44,404 bases of DNA, taken from positions 744,001 to 788,404 of the forward strand of contig NOWV01000023.1 of NCBI GenBank assembly GCA_003344405.1. The letters are read 5' to 3'. A program made the position numbers and the translations under genes. Numbering within the stretch: position 1 is the stretch's first letter; every line of letters starts with the position of its first letter. This document shows, one piece after another, positions 37,501 to 44,404 of the stretch. This stretch comes from Trichoplax sp. H2 (lineage: Eukaryota). The notes beneath the pieces are model-generated. The model was not told the origin of the DNA, made no database searches, and saw only the letters and a program-made list of their open reading frames with translations.

Positions 37501-40500
37501 GAGATACTTTAGTGCCAAATAATTTTTGGACAAATGCAGAATTATAACATTACCTCTATTATTGTGTCTGCATATGCTGCTCATCGATTTAACAGAAAAT
37601 GATACTATAAGTGGCATTTTATTTTCAAGAAATTTTTCGTGAAATATCACAATTTAATCTTTTTTTCAGTGAAAAGCAAAGGTTGGGAAGTAGACGAATT
37701 ACTATATGATTGTGGATCTCCTAAAACGACATTACTTCATCTAGCCGTGCAAGGCTCCTCGTTACCGGTTAATCAATATTAACAGTGGAGATTAAAATTA
37801 ATTATTTACAGGAAGGAAATAATAACTTTTAAATTTAATGCTTTCTTTTTCACCTAAAATCCAGGCTGTTAAGCTGCTATTACGTAATAATGCCAATGTA
37901 TCAAGTAAAAGGGTACGTATTTAAAGATGAGAAACAGCAGTTAATAACAAAGCTGCGATACAAATTTTGAACATCGTCATCGTACGGTAAAAAAAGTTTT
38001 ATAAGCGATTCAATGTCGTCTTATATTATTTCTATTTTTAATGCAAATTTTCATTCCTAAGTAAATCTTAATTTAGTTTACATTAATTAGCAATTGATCA
38101 TATGAAATAGTTATGACTTAACAGCTCAATCTTTATATAACTTTGCGTAGGCTAGATTGTAACAAAAATACTTATACTCCGAGACACTAAAGATGACAAC
38201 TACTGTTTTTTTTGGAGGTACTATAAGAACTAAGTACTAAATGACATACGGTTTATATTTTTATCGTAGGATTCAGACGGAAATACGCCTGTTCATGTTG
38301 CTGCTGCTTGTGGCTCCTTAGCAATTATACGCTGTTTAATAGGCAATACAGAAGTGGAAAACAATGCTAGCAGTAAGGATGAGAGTCACGAAAATATTAA
38401 AATTAATCTCGGTGTTGAAGTAATAAATAGTGAAGGTGCTACTCCGTTACATGAGTAAGTAGAATTTACGTATTAGATATCATCCAAATATAGTTCAGGA
38501 CTTATCGTTTCCTTTCTCACACCTATACTTTGTATTTTTGATAGAGCTGCAAAATTTGGCCACGATGTTATCGTAAAATACCTTATAAGTTGTGTGAGTA
38601 TAATAGGGAAGACGTAATCATATTGTTATTATTTGAATAAATTTTCGATATTTATACCCTTATTATTGATTGAGTATGGTTTGTATAGTTCTTATATATA
38701 TGCTAATAGATTAACTTAATTAGGGTATAGATGTAAATGACATCGACATTAAGAAAAAAACACCACTGATGGTTGCAGCTGAATCAGGAAGTATGACAAC
38801 GGTGAAATTGCTGCTGGAGCAAAGTGCAGATGTGACCATATTAGACAGAGCTAACAAATCATGCCTACATTATTCTATTGGAAATTATGAAATTATGAAA
38901 GTAATTTTAGAACACTTTTTAAAGGTAAGCGAAATCATTAGATAAAGAAATGTAATCTCAACTAGTAGTTTTGAATTTCATCTATATTTTGATAAATAAC
39001 GTGGATACTGTCAAATTCTCGGTTATTGTATTATTTGTCATACTTAGGAAGAGAAATTTAAGGAATTAGTTGACGCTAAAGATGTCACAGGATCAACAGC
39101 ATTACATTACGCAAGTAAAGTCGGAAATTCACAGGTAAAAGTCATTCGTAAGAAGAAATATCAGGTGTTATCATCGCAAATGTTGTGGTTTATTCCAATT
39201 TTAGTACTCATTGATGCTACTCTTTTACAGTCTTCTATGCTATACTTGCTTTATAAAGTTGACAAAAATTCGATATCGACAAATTAGAGATATTTTCTTG
39301 TTGAAGCTAAGGCGCTATATGTTAGTATTAATTAAAGTATCAATCATTTTCCAATACCGAATAAGCATGCTAATGCATCTGATATATCCTACAATTTCAA
39401 TCGTTGATTTGTCGAAAGCTGATACATAAAGCATTTTTCAATAGCTGCTAGCAAAGTAAGAAGTGCAACAAAACTTTTGATTTTAGTGCCTTTTTATTGC
39501 CAACTTTAATTACAAACTCTGCCGATAAGTGAAAAACTTAGACGAAGTTAAAGTTATCAGATACGATATTTTCTGAAATTAAAACTTATCAAACGTAATG
39601 CGCTGCATACTAACAATTATTTAATTGCGGTAACGTTTTTGGATACCTTCTACTTTCAAATTTTAGGAGGTACTAGCTCTCCTCGGTGCAGGAGCAAATG
39701 CTAATAGTGTCAACAGATTTAAAGAAACATGCTTTCACGTTGCAACTTGGTAAGTCTATAAATGAAAACTTTCTGTGTTTTTCAATGCGACGCTTATTTA
39801 CTCTTGGAAGTACTTGTACAAACTATAGAATTAAGTGACATATCCAGTAAGTTCTGGTATGCTTAGCCTTTAAAAGTACAGTTAAGATATTTATTTTAAT
39901 ACTGAATAATTTTTCAATATAGATTTTAATTCATAATAAGTGCAGCTCATTTTATTAATCTATTGTACTTTACGATCAATATCATAAATAATTCATTCTT
40001 GGCAGCATATTTAAGTTGAATATTGTTACTGCTAATAGATTTGTTTACTATCCGCATGCACTTATAGCCTTAACTTCTCGAGTGCTTCAGTTAGTGGGAT
40101 GAAATTATTTTCGACAGATTATTTATTTATATAACTTATACGTGATCGTCTATTTTTGCACCCATATAAATTGATATATAGATGAATAGCCTAATATTAT
40201 TTTTATTTTTCTCGTTAATCAATATTCAAGCTACGGCCATCTTGATATCCTCAAGATATTAGTTAAATATCAAGATGAAAAAACAATCGATTTTATGGAT
40301 GATCAGGATAGAACACCATTGCATGTAGCTGCATGGAATGGATATGAAGATATCATTTCCTATCTTTCATCTTCAAATGCACATATTAAACCGTAAGGAT
40401 AGATTTCTGAGGAAAAAGGGTGAAAAATTTTCAGCAATAAAGCCCTTACAGTATACGCGTATATGATATTGGCCGTCTACTAATCTTAAGAATGTTCTGA

Positions 40501-43368
40501 TAAGTTATACTCTCTCATATTTTATTTAATTTCCAGAGATTGTGATGGCAGAACACCTCTACACTTTGCAGCATGCAATGGACATTTAAAATGCCTACAA
40601 CTTTTAGTTCAGAGAAATGTATCAGCAGTTAATGAAGCCGACAAGCAATCGGTACTGTAATTACAAACATTATTTAACTTGGTGTAGTAGTCGTCAAAAT
40701 ATCTCTGTTCCCCAAATTTAAGCTGGTAGATTTCAAGGACATGCAATCAGTTTAACATTTCCGCTTTTAATTTTCTCTACTAGGAGACGCCTTTACATAT
40801 CGCTGCTTGGTCCGGCCACGCAAAAATTGTAAAATACTTACTGTCCCTGAAAAAGCAGATGGTTACATTAAATATTCGTAGCCAAAATCCGCTGGATGTA
40901 GCAGTGGTGACAAAGAATGAAGATGTTGCATTGGCAATAATCAAGCACAAAAGGTAAGATATAAATTAAACGAAACTTCAACTGGTGCCTTGTTGATATA
41001 TTCTTATTTAACTATCACAGGATTAATAATTACTTTAGATACAAAACTAATATTTTGATTTTCAACATCATATTATTCTAATTAAAGGATTAAAAAGATT
41101 TTACGACGTTTTATTAACAGTATCTACATTTCTGATTGAGAACTAATAACAAATATTTGCTCCAGTATAGCGAATAAATGTTGAAATTTTGGCAGTTGCT
41201 ACTATGGATAATGATGAGTTAATACACTCACATAGTTGAATTACCATTTTCCATAACGTGGAATAGAATTAGATGCCGCAGTTACAAATCTAAATTCTCA
41301 CAAGTTACAACAGATAGTCAGGAATTATTTAAAAATACGTATCAGTACCCTCATCTACTTACTATTTTCATTAATGTAACATTTAAGGTGGCGTGATTTT
41401 ATTTACCGAACAAAGACTGGAAATTGTACACAGATACAAATTTTAATAGCTAGAATGCCAGCAGCAGCAAAGGTAATTTTGTTTATTTGATTAGTTTTTA
41501 ATTCCTTAATTAATTACTCGTAAGAATGATAGGTACAATATCGCTCTTGCTAAAGTATAAATAAATGTGGTCTTGCTACTATAGCTTTTAATGGATCGGT
41601 GCATTAGCATACAAGGTTCTCCCAGTCAAGGAAATTATAAGGTAAATCACTTTCTGCTCTATAATCATTGTAATTCATAGAATATGCGTAAATCATTTTA
41701 CCAACAAGAAATGTAATATCGAGGAATTACTCATAACCTCCAAGTATTCAAAATACGAAACATAAATTTATTTTTGATAGTTATGGTACCACCATAATGT
41801 AAAATAGTTAGTTCACTCATATTTCTAATTATATACGATATTTGTTATTAATACAGCTTATTTCTTGATCTGATAATGGTAGTTAACAATTTACCCTATT
41901 TAATATTTGTTAAAAGTTATAGTACCACATAACTTGATATAGTTTGTTCACTCGTAAATTTAATTATGTATGATATTTACTGTTAATGCCGATTATTTTT
42001 TGCTCCGATAATAATAGACAACAATTTACGCTGTTTAATATTTGTTGAACTTAAGACGCTACTTTAACATGAAATATGGTTTGCTCACCAGTAATCTTAA
42101 TTAAAAACAATAGTTATTAATATCAGTTATTTTTCGTTTCTGATAATATAATAGTAGATAACAATTTACACTGTTTAGTATTTTTCGAAGCCTATGCTAA
42201 TACCACAACGTGCAATATTTGTAGCTCACTTGTAATTTTAATCATAAACAATATTTATTATTCAAGCAAATTATATTTTGTGCTGATAGTGCTAGATAAG
42301 AATTTAGACTGTTTAGTATATATTGAAAGCTATTGTACAGCTATAAATTAAAACATAGTATCCTCGCTTGTAACTTCAAATACACATGATGGTTATTAAC
42401 GAAAATTATTTTTTTGGCCTGATAATATAATAATAGTAAAAAAATTACAATACACTATTTAATGTTTTTTGGAAATTTATGGCACTACTAAAACGTGAAA
42501 TAGAGCTCGCTCATAATTTTAATTATACACGATATTTATTATTACGTAAATTATTAATACAAATAATTTTTGCTCCAAAAGTAATAGATAAAAAATTTAC
42601 ACCATTTAATATTTCTTGAAAGTTAATGGTACTGCCATATCATGTCATTTAGTTTATACACTTATAATTTTAATTGTACGCAATATTTATCATTGATACA
42701 AAATACCACTTGCTCCGGTAATGGCAATCGCTGATTAATACCATTTATTTCTTTTAGATAATTTATGAATTTGAATTTCTTCAAGGCCAACCACAGAGTG
42801 CAGAAGATGGAGTTAAACAATCACTTCAAGCATTTCAGGTTAATTCTACAGACAGATAGAGCTGAGCTTATTTCGCATTAGCGGTATTAACGTTATTATT
42901 CATCTGTGTAATTTTGCGTCGGCGTTTACTGCAGCTACGTTATTAATTTTATATAGGAAAGCTTGTTATTATATAATTATAAATTAATGCTGTCACGATT
43001 GCTACAATTAGACAATGGTTGATTATGATCGGGAAAACTGTTTAGTGCATCCCCTCAGCAATGCCCTTTTGAAATATAAATGGTACATGGCATTGATTTA
43101 ACAGCAATGACATTAAATTTGAAGATTTTGTGAGCTCCCTAGTCGTTGTTTTAACCGCTAACAATTTGATTAAGATAAATTTCTTTGCTTTTCTAGGGAT
43201 AAATATGGATGGATTGCCTACTTAGTAAACGTGCTGACTTTTGCAACTTTCTTGACATTGCTAACATATCAGATTATTTCTAATTCCATTGCTTATATTA
43301 ACGATTATCCACAAATGGTAGAGTGTAAAAATGTAACGAATCTCAGCTTAACAAATCTACATCAGTCC
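34504..43368 (+). CDS. TRPA1: TRPA1-like transient receptor potential channel (long ankyrin array, linker, pre-S1, S1); incomplete at the 3' end. Exons 34504-34794, 35101-35191, 35856-36031, 36179-36286, 36950-37058, 37670-37767, 37865-37912, 38270-38454, 38545-38593, 38724-38924, 39048-39134, 39667-39749, 40231-40392, 40537-40651, 40784-40953, 41388-41472, 41585-41641, 42758-42838, 43012-43082, 43197-43368
   Basis: More than a dozen ankyrin repeats (GKTALHYA, GVTALHTA, GMAPLHLAA, GNTPVHVAA, GATPLHEAA, KTPLMVAA, RTPLHVAA, GRTPLHFAA, ETPLHIAA) joined by phase-compatible GT-AG junctions. These are followed by TRPA hallmarks: IIKHKRW...LIARMPAAAKLLMDRC...YEFEFLQ...FQTMVDYDRENCLVHPLSNALLKYKWDKYG plus a hydrophobic S1 (cf. 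human TRPA1 LNAMVQNNRIELLNHPVCKEYLLMKWLAYG). The first two exons are less certain. Subfamily call; strict orthology is untested. Confidence 0.88.
41781..42745. repeat. Degenerate tandem repeat, about 7 units of 135-145 bp, filling a TRPA intron
   Basis: Units start near 41781, 41917, 42051, 42192, 42330, 42477 and 42623, with recurring (g/t)ctcac...ttaatta...atattta...tgataat...acaatttac.ct.ttta.tatt. Confidence 0.8.
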
Positions 43369-43590
43369 GTATGTACAGCTATATTTCGAATTTTAGCTTA
43401 CTTAAGGATTATTATGATCATTCTTGACATTTAATAACACATCAAATTATTTTCAATTTTCTTACTAATTTTAACGATTATCCATATATGGTGGTGTGCG
43501 AAATGTAACAAATCAGAACTTAACAGGCCTAAATCGGACCGTATGTACAGCTATATTTTTAATTTTAGCTTACGTATTATGGATTATCAG
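43249..43590 (+). repeat. Tandem duplication (~172 bp) of the 3' part of the TRPA S1 exon and its splice donor
   Basis: ttcttgacatt...aacgattatcca...ccgtatgtacagctatattt..aattttagcttac occurs from 43249 and again from 43421. Confidence 0.85.
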
Positions 43591-44260
43591 ACTTAAGCAT
43601 GCGCTGTATAACCCAAATAATCCTTCAAACATTCGCAATTTCATTTTAGGGCTCTAAAAGCACTTTACTTAAAATAAACTATAATTCGGACGTTTGTTGC
43701 TTTCTCGGCAAAAGTTATTGATTTACGAAATTTACGTTTAATGATTCCTTCGATGTACAGTCTACAGAATTCATTTCGACTCTATTTATACGAGTATATC
43801 TACTATATATTAAACGCCTGTATTTCTTTTAATAGATTACCTAAACCAGCACAAAAGATACAATGATTTATAGAGCAGTGCAATAAGTATCTCGTTTAGC
43901 AATTAAAGTTTATAATTAGTCAATAGCTAGAACATGCTTACAGAATATTTATCCTCTATTTCGTTGTCACAAACTTATGTTGCGAACTACTACACTAAAC
44001 TAATAGATTACTTATGCCTTGCTTCACTACACCTGGAGATCTACTGTATGGTAGTTCTTTACTACTTTCGGTCACACAGAGATAAGACTGTTCTAAAAGA
44101 TTAGTATAGTTTTTATTAGTAGAGTAGCCGAGTACCTTCTCGTACACGATCTAATAAGGAACTCTAGAACTGAGCATTCGCTCGTCCTTTTATACCATTC
44201 CACTAAATTTATGGTGCACACATAGTAACTTGACAATATAAGATTTACATGATTTGTATA

Positions 44261-44385
44261 CGCGATAATCGCACGATAAGTGCGCGATAGTCACACGATA
44301 AATGCGCGATAATCGCACGATAAATGCGCGATAATCACACGATAAATGCGCGATAATCGCACGATAAATGCATGATAATCGCGCG
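44261..44385. repeat. 22-bp minisatellite (cgcgataatcgcacgataaatg), about 5.7 copies
   Basis: Direct reading; 11-bp sub-periodicity (cgcgataatcg / cacgataaatg). Confidence 0.92.
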
Positions 44386-44404
44386 TACGTAGCGGGTGCT
44401 AACG

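Noticed and set aside
8824..39429. Remaining short ORF-track entries (8824, 11737-, 12352-, 13653-, 20228, 26091-, 26576-, 31122, 31642, 33879, 37465-, 39211)
   Set aside because: They are 60-97 aa with no motifs; several are antisense to real exons or lie in introns, consistent with chance ORFs.
25915..43368. RHD copy C plus the downstream ankyrin exons as one p105/Relish-like RHD-ankyrin gene
   Set aside because: Copy C terminates at TAA 28209-28211, and the ankyrin array runs in frame into TRPA linker, pre-S1 and S1 sequence, so it belongs to an ion channel rather than an IkB-like tail.
41781..44385. Repeat arrays as CRISPR-like loci
   Set aside because: There is no constant-repeat/unique-spacer pattern and no cas genes, and the context is eukaryotic intron.

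Overview
AT-rich, intron-containing eukaryotic (animal) genomic DNA. The compact GT-AG introns and gene style suggest a non-bilaterian such as a placozoan, but that is inference and cannot be proven from this window. The ORF track misses the real genes because they are split into short exons. Manual splicing on the + strand gives: (1) the last two exons of an ankyrin-repeat gene (25-356); (2) a head-to-tail cluster of three highly divergent Rel-homology (NF-kB/Rel-like) genes with the same 8-exon layout and intron phases 0,0,2,1,1,1,0. Copy A (5307-11903, 351 aa) and copy B (15115-18865, 367 aa) are intact, while copy C (25915-28211) carries two in-frame TAG codons. All three encode only RHD-N + IPT and stop right after the IPT domain, with no NLS, glycine-rich region, ankyrins or transactivation tail; (3) a multi-exon TRPA1-like ankyrin/ion-channel gene (34504 to at least 43368, 3' end not in view). 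Non-coding structure includes a ~900-bp near-perfect palindrome, a dispersed repeat, intronic tandem repeats and two 20-N assembly gaps with flanking duplications. The most notable system is the cluster of stripped-down, fast-evolving NF-kB-like genes.
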